64,000 bases of DNA from assembly GCA_973895155.1 (NCBI GenBank), contig OZ316897.1, positions 5,779,327 to 5,843,326 on the forward strand, read 5' to 3'. The notes beneath the pieces are model-generated. The model ran no database searches, had not been told where the DNA came from, and saw only the letters and a list, made by a program, of their open reading frames with translations. Shown piece by piece: positions 34,637 through 45,264 of this stretch (positions are counted from its first letter, which is position 1; each line of letters starts with the position of its first letter). A program made the translations under genes and the position numbers. The DNA comes from Marsupella aquatica. Its lineage: Eukaryota > Plantae > Marchantiophyta.

Positions 34637-37290
34637 ATGTCGCACACGATCCTCTCCAGTTCGGCCATTCGATTCTGGACGCAGTTCCTATCTACCGAAA
34701 GACACTTGGCCGACTCATTGAAACACGCCAACCCACGCCGATACGAAATTGAACGCGAGTACGAGAGAGCCATCCGCCTAGCAGGACGACACCACTACAT
34801 CCTTAACTTTGACTACCCGTCTCAGAGCGAGCTTTACCGACCAGCAGAGGTATCTGGGTACTTCTTCAACGGAGACAAATATATCGGTTTCTGGGAAGCA
34901 TTGCTTCGGCTTCCGGACGAGGTCTTCAATATCCCCGGTACGATCGACTTGCAACGACATCACTTCGACCACATCCCTGCTCAGGTTCGGGCTATCATCA
35001 ACAGCGAGTCCAGCACTACCCGTTCAACAAGGTCGTCCGCACTTGCTTCGGAGAACTTCTACTAGCACCTGCAGAGCTTCATGGGAACTAGACCCGCAAC
35101 CGCCGGCGCCAGCCCAGTGGACCCCATACCCGTACCCGCACCAACGCAGACTCAGACTCAGGCTCAGGCTCAGCTTCAGTCTCAGTCTCAGTCTCAGTCT
35201 CGGCCTCAGCCTAGCCAACCCCCACCACCGATCGCCCCGCCAGCCGTACAAGTACGCTCCATCATCAATGCTGTGGACCTTAGCGACAACGACGAGGCTA
35301 CCCCACCCTTGCTCAGGCGGCCCAGAGGAGCAAACACTCAGGGGGCCGACACTACATCGTCCCCTCCCCATGCTCGGACCCAAGGAGCGGCTCCAGCAGA
35401 CAACACGGTGACCCTGGCCGCCCCGGGACCAATACTAATGGCGGTAGCACTACCTATGCCCGATCGAGAGGATGGGGAGGTGTCACCTTCCCCGAGCCAG
35501 TCACGGGGGAAGAAGAGGAAGGAACCCGCCACTGCATCCGGGTTACCATTGGCCACGATAGCCGTGGCCAAGGTGACAATGCACCGCATGGGGGAAAACG
35601 TGCATAAGAACATCCTCCATCCCAAGCATGCGGTGTACCTGAAGACTCAGGGATTCAAGCACCTCGCCTCTCTCCCCTGGAACACTTGCAGGTACTACGG
35701 GGAGGACATGATGGAATTCGTCAAGAATTACGATGACGCATGTCAACATACTCGGCTGCGGGGAAGGAATATGTCCCTCACGGAAGAACGGCTCAAGATG
35801 ATCTTCGGATTTCCCAAAGGTGACCATCGAGTCGAATCACGGGCTCTCGGGGGCAAGGGAGCCAAGTACCAATCCTCGAGTTTTCCCTCAGAGGGAGCAG
35901 TGGACAACGGGTTCGAGATGAGGACCTGCCTCATCCCCGAGATAGCTGAGCGACGGAGTTCCAAAGGTATGCCCTCCACATGATGGAACCCCGGGGGGAG
36001 ATCTCCGCCGCCCAGGTTATCCAGGTCGAGAACTATCGACCTAGGAAGTGGGCGTCGTACTTCACTAAGAAATTCCATGAAGAGATGGAGCGGCGAAGGA
36101 AGATGCTGTACATTGGCGGGAAGGTGTACTTCGCTAGCCACATCGAGATCATTCTTGAGTGGTACGCTCGGTTTGATCGACGAACCCTTCCCCGTGTCAA
36201 CGTTACAAAGTTGGTCCCAGCTAGGTGGGTTTTCCCGGCCTTGGAGAGACGGCCCCAACCCGAGGCCCGAAGTCCAGCGGACACGCAAGCTTCACCCACC
36301 CCACCCCCACAAGTAGTTGTAGTCGTAACCGAGGAGGTACCGGATGGGTCGATTATCGCAACCGTAGATATGATCCAACAAGCCGGGCTAAGTATAGAAG
36401 TTGGTACAGCGGAGGTCTTACTCGAGCTCGGGTCTCCCAAAGACCCACCGGTGGCTATTCTAGAGAACCGAACATTGCTGGAGGAGGACACTCCAGCCCC
36501 TTCCAACATTACGTCCCCAGGGCTAGATGTCACTGCCCTGGCCCCCACGCGTGTTGACGTCTGCCCGTGCCCAACTCCGGACAGGCACAACCTGGACCAC
36601 TCGGAACTCTTCGTACCGGGTACATTTCTGAACGGGCTTCTGGGAGATTTCTCTCATCAAATTGCCCGGGATACCGGGGAGTTCATGGCCCGGAAGGTAG
36701 CCTGTTTCTTCAATCAAGAGTTAGTTGTCGTAGTAAAAGTAGGTCGGGCCCAGTCAGAGGCCCTTCAGAGGATAGAGCGGTACCGGGTGGAGTCCGTATA
36801 CTTAAAGAACAAAGTTGCGGCTCAAGAGGCTGAGCTTCTGCAACTACGACCCAAAGTTGCAGCCGCCGATGATTTGTTAGCAAAGGCGCATGCCCTTACC
36901 GCCCTAGCCGAGCAGGCCAAAGCTGGGAACGAGGCCGAGATTGCACAACTTTGGAACCAGATTGACAGTTTGAAAAATCAAACTGTCATCTGGCAGAAGG
37001 ACCTGGAGGAGGCCGAAGAATAGGCCCAGCGGGACACTGCGGAGATAGCCACGCTACAGGCCAAAGTGGCACGGCTCCAAACCGAAGCCGAGAAGCAAGA
37101 CCAGCTGGCGGGCAAGCTGACGAGCAACGCCCAGCAGCTGGAGGAGGCATGCCAGGAGGCAGCGGAGGAGACAGACGCGGCAAAGCGAGAGAACGAATCT
37201 CTGTTGGACCAGGTCAAGCTCCTCAAGGCGGACAACGACAGACTTCATAAGCAGCGGGATGGCCGCTCCCACCCGGGCGGCTCTGGCGAA
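34637..37290 (+). pseudogene. Family B LTR-encoded protein, disrupted copy
   Basis: Fragments of 142, 300, 347 and 81 aa are colinear with the 863-aa ORF at 51644-54235. Confidence 0.88.
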
Positions 37291-37716
37291 GGATGTGCCC
37301 ATTTAAGCTGAAGCCCGAGTTAAGGTCAAGGCTGATGACGTGACAAAGGGGAAGGGACCAGCTGTCAAAATAGGGAAGAAGAAGAAGCGGAAACGTTCTG
37401 GGTCTGGGAGTTATACGGCTTCTCAAGCCGTTGTGACCGAGAAGATAAACCCGGCACCAACCTCCGGCATTGACACTGCGGTGGATCCACCAGTCCTAGG
37501 AAGTGGGGTTGGCAAGGCCAAGGCCGGGACAACCAGTAATGAAGCCGAGGTACCAGATCCTCCACTAGAACATGTCGGGGAGGCCGTGGCCGATGCTGAG
37601 GCCGAAGCCAAGGGTGGACCCAGTCAGGCCGATGAAGAGTTGACTCGGTCCGGGGTAGGTAATCTGTCAAAGGACGGACCAACGGCAGTGGCTGCGGAGG
37701 AAGCGTTGGGGGCGTC

Positions 37717-40700
37717 TGTGGTGCGTCCCATGGCTCCCTAAACCCAAGAAACCCCCCAGCTCAAGCCGATTCCCGCAGGTTTCGCGCTTGGCGAGGCCGT
37801 TTCCGCGGCTTAGCGGCATGGGACGTTGCTAACCTTCTACTACTACTATTAACATTTTACACACATATACTGGACAGATCCTTCATCGGGTCATGAGATA
37901 CGTAGCCGGCCTAATCTAGGCCTTCCCCTGTCGTCCCCTCCGTCTTGTTAGGTATGTTTGGATTCCGCCGCCGGAATGATCCCCAATAGGCTTGGTTAAG
38001 CCGCTAAGACCTCTCTCAGCTCGACACATCCAACTCTCACTCCCCTGCTTACTTTCCTTCCTTTGGGTTGATGTGGGCACTCTTCACACAAGTTAATGCG
38101 ACACACAAATAGCAAAATGACTCATTCTGACTGAGTCATACCATGCACTTGCCATACAAACAGTACATCTCATACACAAGTTCTACGAACTAAGCCGTGA
38201 GGCCAACTCTATTCAGCTCTTAGGCATGAGGAAACATGAATATACACAAGGGTCACTGTATGAGTAATTGAGAGCTTCTCGTACTACTTGATCCCAGCCC
38301 GGCTGGTGCAAACTAAAAACTTGCTAAAGAAGAGGCCCTGAGCTCCCCGCTGCCCAGGTACTTATCCTGGTAGTGGATCCGCCATTCTTTGCATCGTAAG
38401 CCTATTCTACCTAACAGTAATCTACTTGCCCGAATCTACCTATGTACAGCAAGGCAGGAGCACAAGTGTTGCTCCTACCAGTGGGACCGCAATCCCACTA
38501 AGCTAAGTGTCAGGGCCGCTCCTGGTTCTGATCCTAATCCTAAACGTGGAGATCCGCGCCCGCCCTGCCCACTCACGCCTCCTCCCTCCACGTCCGCCCT
38601 CCCTAAAAGGAACGGCGCCCTTGCACCGTCACGACACCGGTGGTGGATCCTTAATGGACGCCCCCAAGGCTTCCTCCTCAGCCACTGCCGTAGGCTCATT
38701 CCCTGACAGATTACCTGCCCTTGACTGAGTCAATTCTCCCTTGGCCTGACTGGGTCCACCATCGGCGTTGGCATCGGCTTGGGAATCGGTTACGCCTCAG
38801 CCTCGGCTACGGTCTCCCCGGCCTGCTCAAGAGGCGGATCTGGAATACCGTCCTCATTACTGAGTAGTTTGGCTTGGGCCGCACCACCCCCACCTGTGAT
38901 GATAGCGGGATCTATTGCCGTATTCATGCCGGAGGATGGTGCTGGTTCTACCTCTTTGGTCACCACGGCTTGTGGAGTCGGATTACTCCTTGACCCTGAA
39001 GGTTTCCACTTTTTCTTCTTTTCTGGTTCGGCAGCTGGTCCCTTCCCCTTCCCACTTACTTCCGGCACTGGTGCAGTTGGCGCGGTTTTTTCTTCGGCCA
39101 GTACCACTCCTGGTAACTTGGTTGCCCCAATTGGAGTTGGGCCTGATGAAGACAAGCACTTAAATACTGCGGCTTGTTTCTTCAGCTGCTCCGTTTGGTT
39201 GTCGGCCCGCCGCTGGAGGTTCTCCATCTTCCTCGTGATTTCCTCCAACTCCTCCTGGGTCTCATCCAGGTCCTTGCGTGCCTCCTCTAGTTCCTTCTGG
39301 GCTTCCTCCCGTTCTTGTTTCAAGGTAGTCCTCTCCTCCTGGGTTGCTCTTAGCTCCTTGTCGAGCTCTGCAATGATGACAGACTCCATCTGGTTCATCT
39401 TGGCGTAAGTCTGTTCGAGCATCTCGTCCTTCTCCCTTAGGTCGGCCTTGAAGCTAGCCGTCAGGGACGCAAGCTCCTGCTGCAGCGCCATAATCCCTTG
39501 ATAGGATTTCCCTAACTCGGCCTCCTTCTGCTCAAGGGCTCCGCGGATTTTCTCGAGCTCCCCCTTCAACGCCCATTCCTTTCTTTGGGTCTCCGCCATG
39601 GCCCGGCTGTTGGCTGTTATGTGGGCCTCCTCTGTATTCTTCAGCTCTTGCTTCCACTTCTCCCTCTCTTTGATCGTGTCGGCCAACTCTTCCTGCGTCT
39701 GAGTCAGTTTATCCTTGATATTCTGATTATCAGCCTGCGCGGTGTCCAACTGCCCCTGCATGATGTTCAGCTCATGTCGTTTAATCCGCAGTTCATCTTG
39801 GGCTTTCTTGGCCGCCCTTAGATCTTCAATCTCGGCTTCCATCCTCCTAAGCCGCCGAATGACCTCGTCCTTCTTGCTTCTCTCTAAAGCCACCGCTTCT
39901 TCTAATTGGTGCTTCTCCAACTGCTCCCTATGGAAAAAGGGTCCTACCTCCAACTCCTCTCCAAAGATGCCGAGCGCAAGTTCCCCACACATCTCACCAT
40001 ACTCCATGGCTCTATTCTTAGCGTAGGTGGAGTAAGTAGAAGTAATCGGCATCGCCCATCGCGGCCTCTGCTCCCAAGCCGTCTTGCGGATCTCTTCAAT
40101 CGTGGCTAGAGGTTTGCTTCCTTTTTTGGCTAGCCGCCTGATGTCCTCCGGCCAATCTCCTCCTGGTAAATCCTTTTCCCTAGCCAGGGCTGCCTCCTCT
40201 TCCTGCTTGATTCGCTCCTGAAATTCCTGCACCGTCTGTTTTATGCCGTCGAAGCTCGGGGGAGCAACATCTGGTGGGGGAGACTCAGGGCTACTCTGCT
40301 GGTTGGGGTCCCCTCGCACTACCCTTGGAAGTGTGGGGACAAACCGGCCACAGGTCCTTACTCCTGGGACGTGATGGTCCGACCCATAGCCGGAATTATC
40401 ATGGCTGCAGTCCTCCACTGCCTCCTCTACTTCTTGGCCGTCCGGCTTCTCCCTCTCCTCTTCGGTAGGAGCTTCAGGCAATTCTGCCTCAGATTCGGAG
40501 CTTGAGATTCCCACATACATTCGAACACCTGGCTTGGATTCAGGCCTGATTCTCTCCTTGTCTCCAGCAAAGGGGTTTTCTCTTGTGAGCCGGTGTAGGC
40601 CTACCTCTGTAGTAGTGTCCTGCATTGTTGCCGTTGCCGTTGTTGTTGCCGACGCCGATTTCTTTTCTTTCTCCAGTAGTTTCAGCAGACTCTACATGCC

Positions 40701-42375
40701 TGGTTGCTGCATCGGCAAGTCCTCCTTCCTGGGCCTAAACACCTGCTCGATCGTAGGGCTAACAGGTGGTTGAGGCTTCTCAGCCAACGGCCTCGGCGTT
40801 GGAGCTTCCTCGGGTGCCCTTACCTGCAGGGGAAGTACCGGGGCAAAAGTCTGACCTCTGGCATATCGGCACAACAGCGGCATGTGATAGCCAAGCCGCG
40901 ACACGCTCCCCATGCCGATTACCTGTTGCTCCTCCTTTAAGATCTTCTTCAATTGGTTGAGGAGGTACCCGTTGTAGTCCCGGCTTGGGTCTGGCCTTTC
41001 TGCCAGATAGACCTGTGCCTTGCCGATCTCTGCCCTCGGCAAGTTACAATGCATGGTCACCCGCAAGAAGTCGATCATCTCTCCTATGTGCGGGTTGGTG
41101 CAGGTGTTCCGGAAGAAGCCATTCTTCGTTGATGGCCCGGGGAACGACCGGAACTCCTTGTCAGGCAAGGTCTTCCTGGTATCAACTTTGGTCTTATTGC
41201 CTATCGGCAAGCCAAACACTTCGGCAATTACCTTGGGAGTAAGATAGAAATCCTTCCCATATATCCTTGTGCAATTGGTCTTGGGTTCCCATGACCCCAC
41301 GAATTCTAATAGGTCTGACTCCGGTACCTCCGGCTTCAGCCATGGTAATCTTACAAAGGCCTCTAAGCCGGATCCGGCCATGAAGTCTTGGTACTTCTTG
41401 GTCTGCATGGCCGTGAAGCATGCATCCTCCTCCCGTGCAAAATGTAGTTGCACCTCCACCGGTAGGGTTGCCGCCCAGCCCTTCCAAGTGTCATCCCTGG
41501 TTGGAATGGCCTTGATGGGATCGACCTCCTCCTCTTCGGCTTCTCCCTGCCTCCTGCTCTGCTGCTCGGTTGGCTTCTTTGGTGCCGCCGACCTCGTTCT
41601 TTTTGCCGGGGTGGCTTCATCGTTGACGGCTCCCTTCCTCTTCATCTCTGCTGCCGTGGAGGTTTCTCCTAGCACCGTTGCCTGGGTCCACCTTTCCGTG
41701 CTACCCTTTAATTCCCAGTGTATGTCGTTGCAGTTCTTGATGGCCTCTCAGATGCCGACGACACTGTCTTTGCAAAACAGAAGATCGTCGAGTTGATTGG
41801 AAGTAGGCATCCACAGGAACTCGTCCTTGATGAGTTCGCCTCCTAAGAAAGCCGTCTTCTGTAGCTCCCACAATCGAGCGAGCTCCTGCCGTTCTCGAGC
41901 TGCCCTTTCTGATTCCTCGTCCTCGTAAGTCTTGATGTACTCAGTTGCCCGTTCGAACAGGCATCCCCAGAAATGTGCCGCTTGATTGACGTTGCTCATA
42001 CCCTCCTTAGGTCGATCGTCGGTATCTACTCTCTCCCCGAGTGCTTGCCTAAGCAGCTGACAGTAGTTGGCCTCCCGTAGTCGTCTGCCTAGTTCGTGCT
42101 CGCAAATGAGCCACCATCTCCTGCAAGCGCTCCTTACCCCTCTCCTCTGCCGGTCCTTCTTCCCGTTGATCCTTCCTAGCCGCCGACGCTTAACGCGCCC
42201 TAACCCTAATCGAGTTTTCACCCTCAGCGTCCTTACCTCCGGCCTCGGCCCGGGTTCCATGGTTGCCCCTAATGGTTTATATTTTCCTTGTTTTGTCCCT
42301 ATACTAAGGTGTTCCTAGGGTGCCTTCCTGCTTTACCTACTTAACTGGCCGAGTGATTCCTGTCTAGGCATCACA
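37717..42375 (-). mobile_element. Family A solo LTR (4659 bp)
   Basis: Complete LTR with TSD GCGTC at 37712-37716 and 42376-42380; no PPT, PBS or pol attached. Confidence 0.96.
38629..42260 (-). pseudogene. Family A LTR-encoded protein in the solo LTR
   Basis: In-frame 170, 327 and 611 aa ORFs split by stops at 41748 and 40692; frameshift near 38795. Confidence 0.9.
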
Positions 42376-42380
42376 GCGTC

Positions 42381-43318
42381 CATTGAGGACCAGCAACCAG
42401 GGTCGTGACGGTGTAAGGGAGCCATCCCTTTTAGGAAGGGCAGACGTGGAGGTAGGAGGAGTGAGTGGGCAGGGCCGGCGCTGATCTCCAAGTTTAGACT
42501 AAGGATCAGGACCAGGAGACGGCCGTGACACTTAGATTAGTGGGATTGCGGATCCATGAGTAAGGGCGACACTTGTGCTCCTGCCTTGCTGTACATAGGT
42601 AGATTACAATTAGGTAGATTACAGATAAGTAGATTAGGCTTACGCTGCAAGGAATCAGGCGGATCCACAAACCAGGATAAGTACCTAGGCTGCGGGGAGT
42701 TCAGGGCCTCTTCTTTAACAAGTTTTTAGTTGCACCAGTAGGGCTGGGATCAAGTAGTAAGAGAAGCTCTCGGTTAGTTATACAGTGACCCTTGTGTATA
42801 TTCATGTTTCCTCATGCCTAAGAACTGAATAGAGTTGGCCTCACGGCTTAGTTCGCAGAGCTTGTGTATGGGATGTACTGTTTGTATGGCAAGTGCATGG
42901 TATAACTCAGTCAGAATGAGTCATTTTGCTATTTGTGTGTCGCATTAACTTGTGTGAAGAGTGCCCACATTATGAAGGGAAGTAGCAAGGGAGTGAGAGT
43001 TGGATGTGTCGAGCTGAGAGAGGTCTTAGCGGCTTAACCAAGCCAATTGGGGATCATTCTGGCGGCGGAATCCAAATATACCTAAAGAAAGCGAGGGGAA
43101 GACAAGGGAAGGCCTAGATTGGGCTAGCTATGTATCTCATGACCCGATGAAGGATCTGTCCAGTATGTGTGTGTAAAATGTTAATAGTAGTAGTAGAGGA
43201 AGTTAGCAGCGTCCCATGCCGCTAAGCCGCGGAAACGGCCTCGCCGAGGACGAAACTTGCGGGAATCGGCTTGTGCGGGGGGGTTTCTTGGGTTTGGGGA
43301 GCCATGGGATGCACCACA
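42381..43318 (+). repeat. Right end of the 3' LTR of copy C
   Basis: Matches 11233-12169; ends GCACCACA. Confidence 0.92.
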
Positions 43319-43643
43319 AACAACTACCAATACTGATGCGTTTTTGGGAATCTAGAGTTATAGAGAGATACGCGCACGAGATCTCCCAAATAACACATGA
43401 GTCAATGGCATCGAAAAGATTTTCTACCCTTGGCAGTGGAAATGGTAGTTTTTGAGTTGGCTCGAAAACCTTCTCCATGAGCACACCAATTCGATTATCT
43501 TCCAACAATATGTTGTGCACCCTATCCTGGGCGTTAATTTTCTGAACTGTCCCACAACCGACATCATATCCATCAATTGTCAAGGTCACATCATCACCTC
43601 TTGAAAACCTTCCAGTCATTCTCGGATTTAGTAACCTGCACAA
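43319..43643 (-). pseudogene. Tnp1/En-Spm (TnpA C-terminal-like) fragment
   Basis: VGCGTVQ...RVHNILL...VLMEKVFEPTQKLPFP...LFDAIDSCVIW resembles the C-terminal domain of CACTA accessory proteins. Confidence 0.55.
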
Positions 43644-43758
43644 TTTTCAGAAAAACCATCACAAATCCGAATGATGAGAATTTGAAGAGACTCACAATTA
43701 TCCATACGGTCATTTGATTGCCATTCCGATAATCCAAACGTTGGATCAACTATCACGC

Positions 43759-44321
43759 TTGGATTGGGGTGGTCCAAAACAAAACCACGAAGATTGTATT
43801 TCGAAGGTCCAATTTAAGCATCGGGCTTGGATTTGGATGGTCCAAATCCAAAACCAGATTGTATTTCAAACGCCCCAATTAAACCATCGCGCTTGGATTG
43901 GGATGGTCCGAATCAAAACCGAGATTGGATCCCAAAGGTCACAATTTAAGCATTGCATGCTTGGATTTGGATGGTCCGAATCCAACACACCCTCTTGGAT
44001 TTGGATGGTCCGAATCCAACACACCCTCTTGGATTCGGATGGTCTGAATCCAAACAACCCACTTGGATTCGGATGGTCCAAATCCAAACAACCCTCTTGG
44101 ATTCGGATGGTCCAAATCCAACACACCCTCTTGGATTCAGATGGTCCAAATCCAACACACCCTCTTGGATTCGGATGGTCCGAATCCAAACCAAGATTGG
44201 ATTCTGATCAGATGGTCCCAATCCTAGAAAAAGGATTGGATTCGGATCATCCGAATCCAAACAACAATCTCGGATTAGGACCATTCTAATCCACACATCA
44301 AGTCTGGATTCAAATGGTCTA
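43759..44321. repeat. Array of the 25-bp palindrome TTGGATTCGGA-TGG-TCCGAATCCAA, period about 33-34 bp in the core
   Basis: About seven tandem units at 43961-44195 with linkers such as CACACCCTC and ACAACCCAC, plus degenerate flanking copies. Confidence 0.92.
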
Positions 44322-45264
44322 ACTCCACAATGAAGATTATGTTGAGATGGATATATTGAGATTGAGATCTCTTCCTAATCAAATTTAGACATTCTGGGTT
44401 TTTCAGAACATTGGGTAATTCGTGAAATAATAATTGGGAAGTCACTAGAATGCAGAACAAAGTGAAAGGGTTCGCCTCTCTTCCCTAAGAACTCAAAATA
44501 AGCAAAGCGACTAACACCATAACTCACCTCAGCAATCTTGTTTTTCCAGTATGTCTCCAAAGTTGGCTCTGCTACCTCTAAATTGATGAATAAGTTCATA
44601 TCAAACTGACTAAGAAAGCTATCAAAGCCACTTCAAGTCTAAACTCCATCAGAGAGAAGAGTTGAGGAGGAGTTGCGCAGACCTGGATGCCCAAGTGAAG
44701 ATATGAAACTAAAACAACAATGATGTCTGTAGAGGACCTCTTATACTCGTGGGTTGGTATGTTCGGCCCTGAATGTGCGATTCGATAAGGTTGAGGCAAC
44801 ACCGAGTATCGCGGTTAGAACAATCATCCACTCCTTTTTCAATCCATTGTGTCAGACAATACAGCTAGCGTCCCACCCAAACTGATAAGACCAGATCCCT
44901 TCTCGGTCTCTATCCGTACAGAGATCATCCATACAGCGATCATCTGTACACAAACAAGCTTTTCAAGAGGGGGTAAAGGGAGGACGAGGTCTTCCACAGA
45001 CCTCATTGTTGTTTCGCTCACAATCGCTCCTCACTCTCGCTCCTCGCTCTTGCTCTCGCTCCTTGCTCCTCGCTCTCACTCCTCACTCTCGCTCTCGCTC
45101 CTCGCTCCTTGCTCCTTGCTCCTTGCTCCTCGCTCTTAGCTGGCTGCCGCCGCTATCCCTTGCCCTTGCCCTAATTGCCTTCTTGCCCTAATTTGCTACA
45201 ATGCCCTAGATCTTGCCCATCTTGACGTGTCCTCAATATATCCTGCCACGTGTCACTCCTAAAA

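Larger units (their letters stand above)
34170..37345 (+). mobile_element. Family B solo LTR (3176 bp; about 0.85 kb deleted after the ORF)
   Basis: TGTGACGCC...GACGTGACA; TSD AAGGG at 34165-34169 and 37346-37350; host LTR resumes in register. Confidence 0.93.
26034..43318 (+). mobile_element. Family A older copy C: 5' LTR lost, RT core and RNase H deleted, 3' LTR interrupted by two solo LTRs
   Basis: Colinear with element A from 1303; deletion junction near 29840; LTR pieces 30789-34169, 37351-37716 and 42381-43318. Confidence 0.92.

Noticed and set aside
25682-43318. One large element with terminal inverted repeats (DIRS-like or foldback)
   Set aside because: No TSD, unrelated flanks and no tyrosine recombinase; better explained as a rearrangement of two LTR insertions.
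43961-44260. CRISPR-like array of palindromic repeats
   Set aside because: Linkers are 8-9 nt and themselves repeated, no cas genes are present, and the context is eukaryotic with introns.
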